A stretch of 64,000 nt of DNA from Eledone cirrhosa (GCA_964016885.1 OZ024750.1:5518001-5582000); one strand, 5' to 3'. Counted from the first letter of the stretch, positions 39,901 to 51,354 are shown. Notes: generated by a model not told the origin, from the sequence alone. Numbers and translations: made by a program.

Positions 39901-42900
39901 GTTAGCAGGTGTATATATAACATGAATATTATTTAACATTTGTATAGTGTGTATATAACATGAACATCTATTTAACATTTGTATTCATGTATGTATAGTG
40001 TGTATATAACATGAACATTTATTTAACATTTGTATTCATGTATGTATAGTGTATATATAACATGTACAGCTATTTAGCCTTTGTATACATGTATGTATAG
40101 TGTATATATAACATGTACAGCTATTTAGCCTTTGTATACATGTATGTATAGTGTATATATAACATGTACAGCTATTTAGCCTTTGTATACATGTATGTAT
40201 AGTGTATATATAACATGTACAGCTATTTAGCTTTTCTTTAACTGTATTTTCTCGACTCTTTTCTCTTGCAGGAATATAGATGACTTTATTAGCCCAAGTT
40301 TTACCACAATTTCTGCAGTTGGGCCTAATGCTGCCATAATACATTACAGGTAATATATAACCTCGTTTAGAATTCTGCAAGGTGTGTGGCTTACTGGTTA
40401 GAGAATTGAATTTGCAATTGTGAGGTTGTGAGTTCGATTCCCCAGACCGAGCGATGTGTTATGTTCTTGATTAAGACACTTTATTATATGTTGCTCTTTC
40501 TGTGAAGTGTTGTGACCGGTAGATAGTATCTGCAATGGAAAGACCAATGGAAACATTGTTTCCTTTAATGAGTTCCATCCCACTCGGTGAGTGAGGTCTG
40601 GGATCTTGTCAATCAATTCGATTGATAATTCTGGAGGAAGGATTCTTCAGTTGTTGGGAGTTTTTAAATTTATTCCTTATGAAAGGAACAATCAATTAAT
40701 GTTCGATGTAGTATATATATATATAAATGTATTTGAATTCCGTATTTCTAAAGAAATACGGTATGTTTATAAATAAACATTTAGAAGCCATAGCCATGAA
40801 TGTTTTAGTAGGTATTATTTGTTTTTATTTTTAGGCCAACTCCTAAAACTGATCAAATTATCACAAACCAGGAAATCTTTCTTTGTGATTGTGGTTCACA
40901 ATATAGGTTCGTATTGGACATTTGATTACATTTTTATAAGAGGGGTGGGTTGAAATAAACAGAAGGGGTGGTGGTGGGAAATCTGTAATTGTATAGTGTA
41001 CGTTCGTAAATATGGGATTTCTTGTAATGTTCTTTTTTGTTTAATAATAATTTTATTTTACATTAAAAAAAAAACATTATATATGACTTAACTGAATTCA
41101 AATTTGGTGTCTGACTTATTTCTTTTTCTTTGTTTGCAGATGTGGCACAACTGATGTAACTAGAACTACACATTTTGGTATACCCACTATCAAGGAACAG
41201 GTATCCATGGCAACAGATTTTATTTCAATTAATTAATGAAGAATTTTGAGGGATTTATTAAAATTATTTCATTCCTAAGATGGTATTTGTAACATAACTT
41301 AAGAAAAGGGTTTTATATCAAATTATGTTGGAAGGTTTTAATTTAAATAGAAGCCATTTAATATTGGTGGTTTTGTTTACATCGTTTTTATATTCGATTA
41401 TTTTTTTTTTTCATCAATTGGATGGGTCCTCTTCAGCACAGCTTGCTGTGCTCCTTTGTCATCTCCTCTGTGAGTCTCAACTATTCAAGATCAGCTCTCA
41501 CAACCTCTGCCTGCCCAGGTTTTCCTTGGTCTACCTCTACTGTGGTTTCCTTCTGCTGGGATTTCATGGAACTTCTTCATCCAGCGATCATCATCCATGC
41601 ACAAAAGTATTTGATATTTATATCTTTGTTTATCCGTTTCTAGGAATACTTCACCAGAGTTTTAAAAGGTCATATAAATCTTGCAACTGCAGTATTTCCA
41701 GAGAAGCTTAATGGTTAGTTGTTTGTTTTATTTCTATTTGTAAATAATTGTTGGTTGGTTGGTTATTTCAGTCATTAAAATGTGTGCTGAACCTGGATTA
41801 CTCTACTTAGCAATATTAAAATATCAAAACAATAAAATACAGGGTCCCCCCCCCCCCCCAAAAAAAAAATGTATACACACTTTTATTAGAATGCTGTTGA
41901 AGTATATATACATTTTTTGGGAACACCCTATACTTGTCAATTCTATAATACTTCTGTTGCCTGCAGTGGTCAGTTCAACCGTAACCATGGTATTTATATA
42001 TATGTCATCTATGATACAGCTACATGTTTGTACAGCTGTATGGTGTAATATTGTTGAAGATGCCACATGACAAGAGATTAGTGCAGCAAAGTATTTTGAT
42101 GTTTTATAAAGATATTCATTTGAAATTGTTTGAGAAGAATTTTACTTTTCTTCCAGGTAATCGACTTGATATATTGGCACGGACATCTCTTTGGGAAGCT
42201 GGTTTGGACTATCTTCATGGCACTGGACATGGAGTTGGGGCTTTTCTAGAGGTACATGAAGGTCAGTCAGGAATTTAAAGTTATATATTTTCATCTGATT
42301 CTTGATGTAACATTCCTTGTTTCTGATCTGATTTTACCATTGAAGTTTTGATATCTTTTAACTTAACTATATACCACCTTTACTTAAACCCACTGTCACC
42401 TCTTCTCAACTAACTATATACCACCTTTACCTAAACCCACTGTCACCTCTTCTCAACTTATATATTTGTCAGTTATTAGGTTTGATTTAATCAACTATAA
42501 AATGTCACCCAAAATGTGTGACCTTCTGCCAGTGGTAAAAATCATTTGATATTTATTTTATAAATTTAGTCTGAGAAGGCACCCAGTACACTCTGTAAAG
42601 TTCCTCTTGGAGAAGTTTAAGTGAAACAAATGTTCTAAATGTTTTTCAGGTCCCTGCAGTATCAGTATGAAGCTATGCAAGACAAATGGACCAATAGAAG
42701 AAGGAATGATTCTTACAGATGGTAAGCTGGCAGTTTGTTATTTTCTTTATTATTTATATATTTATAGACACAACAACCTCTCTAGTGTTGGTGATCTACA
42801 AGATAAAGACATCCAGTACATTCTGTAAAGTGGTTGGTGATAGGAAGGACATCCTGCCATAGAAAACTTGACACACATAGGGTCATGAGGACTCTTCAGC

Positions 42901-44383
42901 TGTGTCAGAAATATGACAACTTCCCTCGTGTTGGTACTCTGATAAATTGCACTTGGTAGAGTACAGGGTCCTACATCGGAGACCTGGGTCACATCTGCTC
43001 GAGTACTGGCCTGTCTGTTAGCAGCAAAAACAGATGTTAAACAATGATATTGATATTATTGAACCTTTCCTGGGTGTCACATATACATTTACTAGTATTG
43101 CCATTATGATGGAACATGCTCAGTACTCTCTGTAAAGTGGGGCACACACAGGGTAGACAGGACCTTTTGGTTCTCTCAAGGACCTGACATCCCCTCTAGT
43201 GTTGGTGCCATCATAAAGTGCACCTAGTACACTCTAATGGAGAGGTGCTGGTATTAAAAAACTATATAATTTTTTTTAATCTTAAACTATTTAAACTATT
43301 TTGTTAGTCTTCAAGAATTATTTATAATTTTTTGTTCTTAAAGAACTATTTAAAACTTTGATAGGTTTTGGCCAAAATAATTTTCTTTCTTTTTCTAACA
43401 TTTTCTAGAACCTGGTTATTATGAAAAGGGGAAGTATGGTTTCAGGATTGAAAATGCCTTGCTGGTTGTTAAAAAAGAGACAAAGGTAATTAGAATTGGA
43501 TGTGTTGTCTTGCCTGTGTACAATAAAAAAAAAAATATACATGTATTATCAGAACTAGTGATTAAATTGTCATTCTTTTACTCTATCTGTTCCAGCTGAC
43601 AGGCTGAGGCCATGCTGGGGCATCACCATTATCTATAAATTGTATGGATTGGCAGTATCGGTAGAGGGTCGGACGCCATGCTTTCCAGCATAGTTATGTC
43701 CCTTTACGATCTGAGTTCAAATCCCGCCGAGGTTGACTTTGCCTTTCATCCTTACGGGGTCGATAAAATAAAGTACCAGTAATGCACTGGGTAATTGCTG
43801 GCCTTGTGCCTAAAGTAGAAACAATTATCTATAAATTGTATAAATTACATTCAAACCCTTGTTAATCTTGATTTATTTACAGTACCAATTTATGTCTACG
43901 AAGTTCCTTACGTTCGAACCGCTAACCTTGGTGCCCATCCAGAAGAAAATGATATTGACTGAAATGCTTACAGTAGAAGAGGTTAGGTTTTATTTCTTAT
44001 TGTTCTGAAGGAGTTGGTTGTAAGAAGCCATGGCTATTTGTCTATCACACACTAGAGATGACTGAGGAAGGAAGGGGTGATGACATCGACTGAGGAAGGA
44101 GGGGTGATTGACCAACAGTTATAAAGTTTCTCAAAGTTCTTTTGTCACACATATCTGTGACATCTTCAGTGATGATTATCACTATGTTTCCTCCAGTTGT
44201 GTTCTTATAACATTTTTTATTTATTTATGTTTTTTAATATTATATTTTTCCTTCCAGAAATGTTGGCTTGATAATTATCACCAAAAGTGTCTTGACATTG
44301 TTGGACCAATTCTTTTGAAAGAAGGAAAACATGAAGCTTACAACTGGTTAAAGAGAGAAACTTGTGTTGACGAGCAAAGCTGA
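27178..44383 (+). CDS. XPNPEP1: Xaa-Pro aminopeptidase 1 (cytosolic aminopeptidase P, M24B); complete 22-exon CDS, 1851 nt / 616 aa
   Basis: Exons 27178-27291, 28566-28629, 28918-29022, 31221-31261, 33044-33095, 33559-33702, 34294-34389, 34784-34865, 35688-35838, 36842-36886, 38280-38366, 38856-38906, 39831-39889, 40272-40349, 40835-40906, 41140-41200, 41644-41713, 42157-42261, 42650-42721, 43409-43485, 43883-43981, 44258-44383. All introns are GT-AG and the phases join into one open frame. Motifs: [78 protein letters not shown]. In-frame TGA upstream of the ATG (27160). No signal peptide or GPI tail seen, hence the cytosolic type. Confidence 0.96.
28566..28629 (+). CDS. XPNPEP1: XPNPEP1 coding exon 2
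   Basis: [22 protein letters not shown]; ttcag/ ... /gtgagt. Confidence 0.95.
28918..29022 (+). CDS. XPNPEP1: XPNPEP1 coding exon 3
   Basis: [34 protein letters not shown]. Confidence 0.95.
29059..31077 (+). mobile_element. Meta-domain-like SINE with RTE-type (GAT)n tail carrying an expanded internal array
   Basis: The array runs directly into gtggttggtgttaggaagggcatccagctgtaaaa ... gctagcatggaagatggacgttaaac(gat)n; relatives at 27415, 35876, 36413, 45990, 46820 (-) and 47380-47700 (+). Confidence 0.7.
29083..30909 (+). repeat. 49-bp minisatellite, about 37 units, in an XPNPEP1 intron
   Basis: Unit cagtccacactgtaaggtggccgtgtaggagacacagtgaaaaggctcc; only single-base variants. Confidence 0.98.
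31221..31261 (+). CDS. XPNPEP1: XPNPEP1 coding exon 4
   Basis: [14 protein letters not shown]; /gtatgt. Confidence 0.9.
32080..32330 (-). mobile_element. Nin-domain SINE plus second 3' fragment
   Basis: Reverse complement of the family at 55838-56030. Confidence 0.85.
32395..32690. repeat. 30-39-bp compound minisatellite (CAC)n-TATATATACAACAGATGA
   Basis: Directly visible, about 8 units. Confidence 0.9.
33044..33095 (+). CDS. XPNPEP1: XPNPEP1 coding exon 5
   Basis: [17 protein letters not shown]; /gtaagt. Confidence 0.9.
33559..33702 (+). CDS. XPNPEP1: XPNPEP1 coding exon 6
   Basis: [47 protein letters not shown]. Confidence 0.93.
33820..34010 (+). mobile_element. RTE-clade LINE 3' fragment
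   Basis: [18 protein letters not shown]-type tail; similar fragments at 35330-35500, 37450-37700, 38957-39300 ([10 protein letters not shown]) and 47160-47340 (GRPRKTWDD). Confidence 0.65.
34294..34389 (+). CDS. XPNPEP1: XPNPEP1 coding exon 7
   Basis: [32 protein letters not shown]; /gtgagt. Confidence 0.93.
34784..34865 (+). CDS. XPNPEP1: XPNPEP1 coding exon 8
   Basis: [27 protein letters not shown]. Confidence 0.94.
35688..35838 (+). CDS. XPNPEP1: XPNPEP1 coding exon 9
   Basis: [16 protein letters not shown]...[24 protein letters not shown]; /gtaagt. Confidence 0.92.
36280..36412 (+). mobile_element. 5'-truncated young Nin-domain SINE
   Basis: Essentially identical to 19316-19437 and 43700-43826. 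Confidence 0.88.
36842..36886 (+). CDS. XPNPEP1: XPNPEP1 coding exon 10
   Basis: [15 protein letters not shown]; long polypyrimidine tract, /gtaagt, phase 0-0. Confidence 0.85.
36916..37378. mobile_element. TTAA MITE interrupted by a tRNA-derived SINE (37093-37350)
   Basis: TTAACCCTTTAG start and GGTTAA end; agagtaat(a/g)taaatggtaa repeated on both sides of the SINE. Confidence 0.78.
37680..38208 (+). repeat. 77-bp minisatellite, about 7 units, at the end of an RTE fragment
   Basis: Unit atgacacaagactgagcttagtgacaatataccacaatacaaaagacctgtccaccagtaccagcactgtgacagag. Confidence 0.95.
38280..38366 (+). CDS. XPNPEP1: XPNPEP1 coding exon 11
   Basis: [29 protein letters not shown]. Confidence 0.93.
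38856..38906 (+). CDS. XPNPEP1: XPNPEP1 coding exon 12
   Basis: [17 protein letters not shown]. Confidence 0.94.
39329..39556. mobile_element. TTAA-flanked (piggyBac-like) MITE
   Basis: TTAA-CCCTTAGCATTTA ... TAAATGCTAAAGGG-TTAA. Confidence 0.85.
39831..39889 (+). CDS. XPNPEP1: XPNPEP1 coding exon 13
   Basis: [19 protein letters not shown]. Confidence 0.92.
39908..40232. repeat. About 51-bp minisatellite filling a short XPNPEP1 intron
   Basis: gtatatataacatgtacagctatttagcctttgtatacatgtatgtatagt repeated; more degenerate at the 5' end. Confidence 0.9.
40272..40349 (+). CDS. XPNPEP1: XPNPEP1 coding exon 14
   Basis: [25 protein letters not shown]. Confidence 0.95.
40835..40906 (+). CDS. XPNPEP1: XPNPEP1 coding exon 15
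   Basis: [23 protein letters not shown] (metal-ligand Asp). Confidence 0.94.
41140..41200 (+). CDS. XPNPEP1: XPNPEP1 coding exon 16
   Basis: [20 protein letters not shown] (metal-ligand Asp). Confidence 0.95.
41644..41713 (+). CDS. XPNPEP1: XPNPEP1 coding exon 17
   Basis: [23 protein letters not shown]. Confidence 0.95.
41838..41932. mobile_element. Tiny Tc1-like MITE
   Basis: TACAGGGTCCCC...GAACACCCTATA; same family as 9154-9234. Confidence 0.7.
42157..42261 (+). CDS. XPNPEP1: XPNPEP1 coding exon 18
   Basis: [35 protein letters not shown] (metal-ligand His). Confidence 0.96.
42650..42721 (+). CDS. XPNPEP1: XPNPEP1 coding exon 19
   Basis: [24 protein letters not shown]. Confidence 0.94.
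43409..43485 (+). CDS. XPNPEP1: XPNPEP1 coding exon 20
   Basis: [26 protein letters not shown] (two metal-ligand Glu). Confidence 0.96.
43645..43826 (+). mobile_element. Young Nin-domain SINE with 17-bp TSD
   Basis: attatctataaattgta at 43628-43644 and 43824-43840. Confidence 0.92.
43883..43981 (+). CDS. XPNPEP1: XPNPEP1 coding exon 21
   Basis: [33 protein letters not shown]. Confidence 0.95.
44258..44383 (+). CDS. XPNPEP1: XPNPEP1 last coding exon
   Basis: [41 protein letters not shown]. Confidence 0.95.
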   Translation, partial: KCWLDNYHQKCLDIVGPILLKEGKHEAYNWLKRETCVDEQS

Positions 44384-45266
44384 TCTCCAAGTGAAAGAAT
44401 TAATATTTTTGTTTGTCTACTCATTATTATTTAATAACGGGTCGGTCACTTTAGAATTGGTAGTTTTATACTAACAAGTGGTAACAAAAACTAATATTTT
44501 GTATATGATCTTGGTAATAAATTCCAGAAATAAAATGAATATTATAGTGACAGGTAAATGTCATCTTAGAATTGATTGTACTTAATAATAGTGAGCAATA
44601 GCTTACTGTACAATTAACAGGACTAATATTTCATGGTTAATTATAAAATTTAGTAATGAAGTTGTAATAAGTAAAGAAATGGGTTTAATGTTGATCTTTA
44701 GTGTAAGCAGGAAGGTACTGGAATAGGTTACAATTGAATAAAAGAATCAAGGTTCGCAAGAGAACTCTCTCTCTCTATATATATAGTAATGGTAGGGGCT
44801 TGACAAACTCCCAATTTTAGAGATAGGTGGAGTTTATAGACAGATGTTCAAAGCATATGGTCAACAGCATTGCTTTTGTTGAAGTTTTTATAAGCAAGAG
44901 GATGCTGATGTGAAACATAAAAGAAGTCTTTGATTAATCTGGCTTCACATGCATTCTGTGTCTGCAGATAAAAGATATTTAGCATGTCAGTTTAGTATTC
45001 TATTTGTTTTTTGCTGTGGTCATTCAGTCTATATAATGGGCTTGTTGTTTCAGATCTTAAAACATGTCATCCTTATTATGATAGACACATTATTAGGTTT
45101 AAACCACAGTTTAGATTTCTTTATGGCTTGTCAAAATATTCTGTATGAGAGTAGAGAGATGGTTGATGATGTTAGACTAAATGATTTATAATATCTAGTT
45201 TGGTACCTTGCTGAAATTAGTTTAATCCTCCTCATTGGAGTTGATATGTCAGCCATTTTGACTTCA

Positions 45267-45421
45267 TTAACCCTTTAGCATTTAAAGCAGTCGTAACTGG
45301 CCATTCGTACTGATGTTAAGGTATTATTCTCAAAATCTCAGATTTAATATTATGTGAGATAAAGCCTTTTCTGTGAAAATACAATAGTATATATAGAGTA
45401 ATGTAAATGCTAAAGGGTTAA
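45267..45421. mobile_element. TTAA MITE in the probable XPNPEP1 3' UTR
   Basis: TTAA-CCCTTTAGCATTTA ... TAAATGCTAAAGGG-TTAA perfect TIR. Confidence 0.87.
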
Positions 45422-45795
45422 TTGAACACTAGTAATGTACAGAAGGTGATTCAATGAATTTTACAAAAATAAATTGTTGCAAACATTTGAAAGCAAGATA
45501 ATAATCTCCTTGGAAATAGATCCGTAAGCTGATTTTGATTTCAGTAATTCATACTACAAATACTTTTGAAAAAGGCATCATCATTTTCTTATAAATGATC
45601 TTTCACCTATATCTTTGATTACTAATAAACTAGTATTTTATGGATTTTCTTTTCTATTAAATACGCTTGTTATATTTTCCTAATTATGTACAGTTCTTAA
45701 AGATCTATGCAATGTAATTATTTTTGTATCCTGCTTGAATTTTTTTGAATTTTTTTTTTTAACAAAATATTGAATTCAAGAAATTTTGTAATATA

Positions 45796-45801
45796 AATAA
45801 A
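45796..45801 (+). terminator. Candidate XPNPEP1 polyadenylation signal
   Basis: AATAAA followed by GT/T-rich sequence (gttgactttgtgttt) at the end of a repeat-poor 1.4-kb tract after the stop. Other AATAAA hexamers occur upstream. Confidence 0.4.
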
Positions 45802-47379
45802 CTTTGACAATTGTCTAAATGTTGACTTTGTGTTTATATTTATTTTAAATTATGAAAAATTGAGATAGTTGCCTCCATCTGATCTGAATCCATAATAAAC
45901 TAGGATACTATTCAGCATGCTGGGGATATGGTGACATGGGTAAAACAGGCAGTTCCGAGCATTGGCCATACAAATAGCACAGTCTTGTTTAACATCGTTT
46001 TATATCTAATTTCTATGCTGGCATGAGTTAGACAGGCGATCACATTCTGAGGTTAGACTCGTCAGATGACCACATCTTACGGATGCATTCCATTTTTGGT
46101 TTGGTTTCTATGGCTGTTTACTCTTCCTAATGCTAATCATGTTACAGCATGTACTGGGGGCATTTTATCGTGGCATCAGCACTACCATCTTACTGGATGT
46201 ATGAGAACATTTTATCACAGCACCAACACTGCCACCTTACTGGATGTACTGGGAGCATTTTGTTGTGTCACCAGCACTACTACCTTATAAGGTACAGAAA
46301 TTATTTTAAACCAGGGCCAAGATTTATAAGTGATAGGTTTAAGTTGTAAATGAACATAAGTGCTGTTATTAAAAAAAAAGAATTAAAATCCTAATAGTCT
46401 GGTTAGTGATGTAATATCAATCTTTAAGTCGATTCTGAGAAAAATGGGGGGAAAATTACAAGAAATGTGACGCCCAATTCCATGTAAAAATATAAACTAT
46501 ACTGCATATACAATTAGAAAAATTAAAAGGGAGTTAACTTATATAGACTCTAACTAAGGGGAAAAACTCATATGTTAGTTTGTAGCCTCTTCAATAAATG
46601 TATTGTATTGGGACTATAATATTTCGTTAATAAACTTATATTACTGGAGGGACGATCTCTATTTGTTATGCTATGATATCTGATACATTCCATCATTTAT
46701 ATGAAACAAACTTCGACGAAAAGATTTTTCACCATTGCCCTCAGTATGAATCTTCTCACTTCTGTCTCTTCATTGACACTGTCAAGATGAATAAAGTATT
46801 GTAAATCTCTGGCATGGCTTTCATCATCATCTCCATTTAACATCTATTTTTCCATGCTTGCATAGGTTAGAACGTTTGTCACATTATGAAACAAGTCAGG
46901 TAACCTACGTCTTGCTCATACGGATCTGTATTATGCCTTGGTTTCTACAGCTGGATGCCCTTTATAAATAATTCACTTCAACACTTATTAAGAGAACACT
47001 GAGAAATTACAAAAATATTTAGAAGCATCTCTTCAATATGATACCAATATACCCTATAGTACACATTGTGTATTTCATCTATCTATACATTGTAGTTGGG
47101 TATATTGGTATTACAATGTACACTATAGTTGGTATTTCATTTGGTATATACAATGTATATAAAAAAGTGCAGGGCGATCAAAATTGATGGAAGTTACGGA
47201 GTAGGCAGACCCAGAAAAACCTGGGACGATTTGATAAATTCCGACCTTACACCTCTCTAAGACAATGTCACTGGACTGAGATCTTTGGCGCTTCGCAGTA
47301 ATACAGAAAAACCCGCCTTGCGTAAGTACAAAGCAAAATCTACAGTCAGTAGGCACCTCTTAATCAAATATACACCCCC

Positions 47380-47700
47380 CATCAACACCACCCCTTTCTC
47401 TGTAAAGTTATGTTAGTACCACAACATCCAGTCCTAAATAAATGAGGTCGTGTAGGTGTCACTACAAAAAAAAAAAAAACACAGTCCACACTGTAATGTG
47501 GCCGTGTAGGTAACATGGTAAAAACCTCCCAGTTCACACTGTAAACGTGGTAGGTGTCAGGAAGGGCATCCAGCCGTAGAAAACCTGCCAGACAGTCATA
47601 CACAGCAAGACATGGTCACCCGACCAATCTTGCGTCATGTGGGACAATTCCCGTCTAAATCCATGCTAGCGTGGAAGATAGACGTTAAACGATGATGATG
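47380..47700 (+). mobile_element. Meta-domain-like SINE with 3-4 diverged internal modules
   Basis: cagtccacactgtaatgtggccgtgtagg...caggaagggcatccagccgtagaaaacc...gacgttaaacgatgatgatg. Confidence 0.72.
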
Positions 47701-48722
47701 AATGTATACTGTAGTTGCTATTTCATTTGATATATACACAATATACATATATATACACAATATATACATATATACACAATATATACATATATACACAATA
47801 TACATATATATACACAATATATACATATATACATATATACACAATATACAGATATATACACAGTAGTTGGATATATTGGTATTACATTTAAAATATACAC
47901 AATATACGCCATTCTAAGTTTGAATTCCTCCCTTAGCATTCCTCTCTAGTTCCTCCATTGGTTAAAATTACTCCCCTGGGAGTCAAGAGCCTGATGTAGA
48001 AGCTTCTTCATTGGTTCTAACAAACGTTAGTGTGATAGGGTTGACTTAATTTATGTCACATCATATTTGTCACTATCTAAAGTCTATTATGTAGATCATA
48101 TTACAATCTAAATAAAAATATTTGGCTACAATTTATATCAGAACTTAGTTAAGTTTCAACAGTGTAGAGATAGTGAAGATAAACATCAAAACATATTCTC
48201 ATGTCTGGGAGTTAACCATTTAGGTTTGACTTGGAGATGATCTTTACTGATAAATGAAATGGGGTTGACCCAGAAGAGCCCTACTCCATAACTTTTCAAT
48301 ATGTTGTCTGCCTGAGATGACTTAATATTGAAGCTTCAAGATAATGATTTTTGTCATAGGCTGAAAGCCAGAAATTTGGGGGAGGAGATCAGTCAATTGT
48401 TGCAACCCCAGTATTTAACTGGTACTTTATTTTATTGACCCTAGAAGGGTGAAAGGTAAAGTTAACAGTGGGATTTGAACTCAGAACATAAAGGCTCTAA
48501 CTAAATTCTGTTAATTCACTACCAAAACAAACAAGATAGGCAAAACAACAGGGCCTCTTTCCCCATGGGGATTTGAGGTGAGTGGGACATTTCTTACTTA
48601 CAGTGGGGTTTTGATCATGGAATCAAATTCAGTTTCATTAAGTTGATTTCAAAAGAGTTAAATCAACTTATGAACAACTAAAAATGCAACAAGACATGTT
48701 TGAGTGACTGCCATATTTTTTC

Positions 48723-48946
48723 TTAACCTTTTAGCATTTAAACCAGCTGTATTCAGCCAGAATTCTCTCACCTCTTTCTGTTCAAACTGGCCGTAACAGG
48801 CTGCTCATATTTAAGTTAAGGTATTGTTCTCAAAATAAATAATATCAAAATCTCATAGATTTGATATTATGTGAGATAATTATGCGAGGTAAAGCCTTTA
48901 CCATATAAATATAATAGTAAATATAAAGTAAATGCTAAAGGATTAA
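48723..48946. mobile_element. TTAA MITE
   Basis: TTAACCTTTTAGCATTTA ... TAAATGCTAAAGGATTAA. Confidence 0.82.
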
Positions 48947-49615
48947 ATAAAGAAGTTAACTGTATATCTCTGGAATGTAGATTTAAGTTGATATAAATGT
49001 GTTTTATGGCATGATATGGTAAGGACCTGTAACTTCTGACAGAGTCGGAAGGAAGCCATATTGACAAACATTGTTTCTTGGCCATTTTAAAACCTGACAG
49101 ACCTCATCTCTTCTCACAGTAGATTTTACCCATAAAATGATAGAGAGAAGAAGTGAGAAAGAGATATAGATGAAGAATCTACCCAGTATGAGACTGGTAT
49201 TTTTTTTTAATCAACCTGTATTTATGAATGATTTAATTTATTGATTTCTAATTTAGGTACAAGACCAGCAAACTAAATTATGTATATGTATGAGAGAGAG
49301 TGTGTGTGTGTGTATATATATGTATGAGAGAGTGTGTGTGTGTGTATATGCATGAGAGTGTGTGTGTGTGTATATATGTATGAGAGAGTGTGTGTGTATG
49401 TGTATATGTATGAGAGTGAGTATGTGTGTGTATGTATGAAAGTGTGCGTGTATATGTATGAAAGTGTGTGTGTGTGTGTATATATATATGTATGAGAGAG
49501 TGTGTGTGTGTGTATGTATATGCATACATGTGTATATGTGTATGTGTACATGTGTGTACTTAGCATGTTACAGAAACAAGATTGATGAACCTTAGAAATG
49601 TCTTTTGACAATCAT

Positions 49616-49719
49616 TCATTCTACCAAATTTTCATTTTCTAAATTAGATTTTGCCTTTTCCAATTCCTTTTGCAGTTCTTTGCTTAGTTTGTCTTTTACA
49701 ATTTTATCACCTTTGGTCT
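49616..49719 (-). CDS. EVC-like gene, probable last coding exon
   Basis: ETKGDKIVKDKLSKELQKELEKAKSNLENENLVE*; ttttag acceptor. Confidence 0.8.
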
Positions 49720-51354
49720 CTAAAAATAAATTTTTAAATAAAGGAAAAGTCAATTTCCATGTTTTAGTTAAATATCTGTTTTTTTTTTTTTCTTTTTCTT
49801 TTATAATGAATGTAAATAACATTCTTTTTAAATATAATGAAACAAGTTGAAAAATTGTCGGCACAGCTATTTTGGTTGAAATCTTTCTATGATTGTCAAT
49901 AATTGCATGATCTGTGTTGATAATTTTAGAATTTACTCTGATATTTCTCTTATTCCTTCAAGTTGCCTTTAAATAATATTGAAAAAAATTTTTCTTTCTA
50001 TTTTGGGGAGTTTAAAATTTCTAAATAGGTGAGCCAAAATGATTAAGTCGCTAAGGTAGACCTTGAAATTTGAAAATATAATTGCCTCAATGCAGATAAC
50101 TATTCTAACAATTGATAATTATAAATAACAGTTGAATAAATCACACAAAGTACTTCTCATATGCTGTGAGATCTCATTTAACCCTTTAGCATTTAAACTG
50201 GCTGTTCCGGCCAGAATTCTCTCACCTCTTTCTGTTCAAACCGACCATAACCGGCCACTCATACCAACATTAAGGTACTGTTCTCAAAATAAATAATATC
50301 AAAATCTCATAGATTCGATATCATGTGATATATTATGTGAGATAAAGTCTTTACTGCAAAAATGCAATAGAGTAATGTAATAGAGTAATGTAAATGCTAA
50401 AGGGTTAAACAAGCTTGCCCAGCATGCAAGAGATGCAGGATTCAATTCTTCCCAGGTGTCTCTGTCCACTTTTTTTCCATCTCCAAGGATACTTCACCTG
50501 GTTATATATTGTTATATATAGTGACCAACTATTATTATAGTTATTTGCATTGAAGTAATGATATTTTCAAATTTCAAACGTCCCAGTGCTTCACAAATCA
50601 ACCAGATAGATGTCGACATAAAGTTTAAATCTATACAAATCATATTTTTATAATTGTTTAGAGAAAAGGTTTTCTTTAACATCAATATTACCTGCAATAG
50701 TTTCTTCAATAATGGTATTAATTTCTTCCTTAGAGAGACCACTTATTACAGCCAACTGCATTAAAAACGATTGCTTCTGTTCCTGAAATCAAGTTTTAGA
50801 AATAACACAATCTTTATTGTACTGAAATTACTCTAATTAAAGTTATAATTATAATGAACATTATTGTACACAATCATTTTATTATTATTATTATTATATT
50901 GTGCCTTTGAGTGTATAGGTGTGAAAAGAAAAGGTATTTTACTATTAGTAGTGTGTATATGTAGTGTGTATATGTTGTGTGATTAAGGTGTGTAGGTGTG
51001 AAAAGAAAAGATTGTTTACCATTAGTTTATCATTCAGTTGCTGTTCCATACTTGTATAAAGATCTCTACGGTTGGTTTCCAGTTCTAATCTCATTGACTT
51101 TTCCAGAGCATTCATCTCATTTTTATGTCTTTTGTCTAACAGAGTATGAAGTAAGACAGAAGTTGCTGCCCTAATAAAAGACAATATTTACCATAACCAT
51201 TCTGTTAGTTTTGGAAGATCAAATGAGTTTTTTACCTGTAGTTATGTTAGTGTTATAGTCGTGTCATATAGCGTTTTGGGGCATTTAAAACCTGGTAGAG
51301 CCCAGCTCCTCTCCAGGTCTGTCTACAGCAGATTTCTTCCAGAGAAGGATAGAA

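Noticed and set aside
46677-46778. Possible extra coding exon of the EVC-like gene
   Set aside because: The upstream exon already ends in TGA at 49616; joining would need a weak donor or a frameshift.
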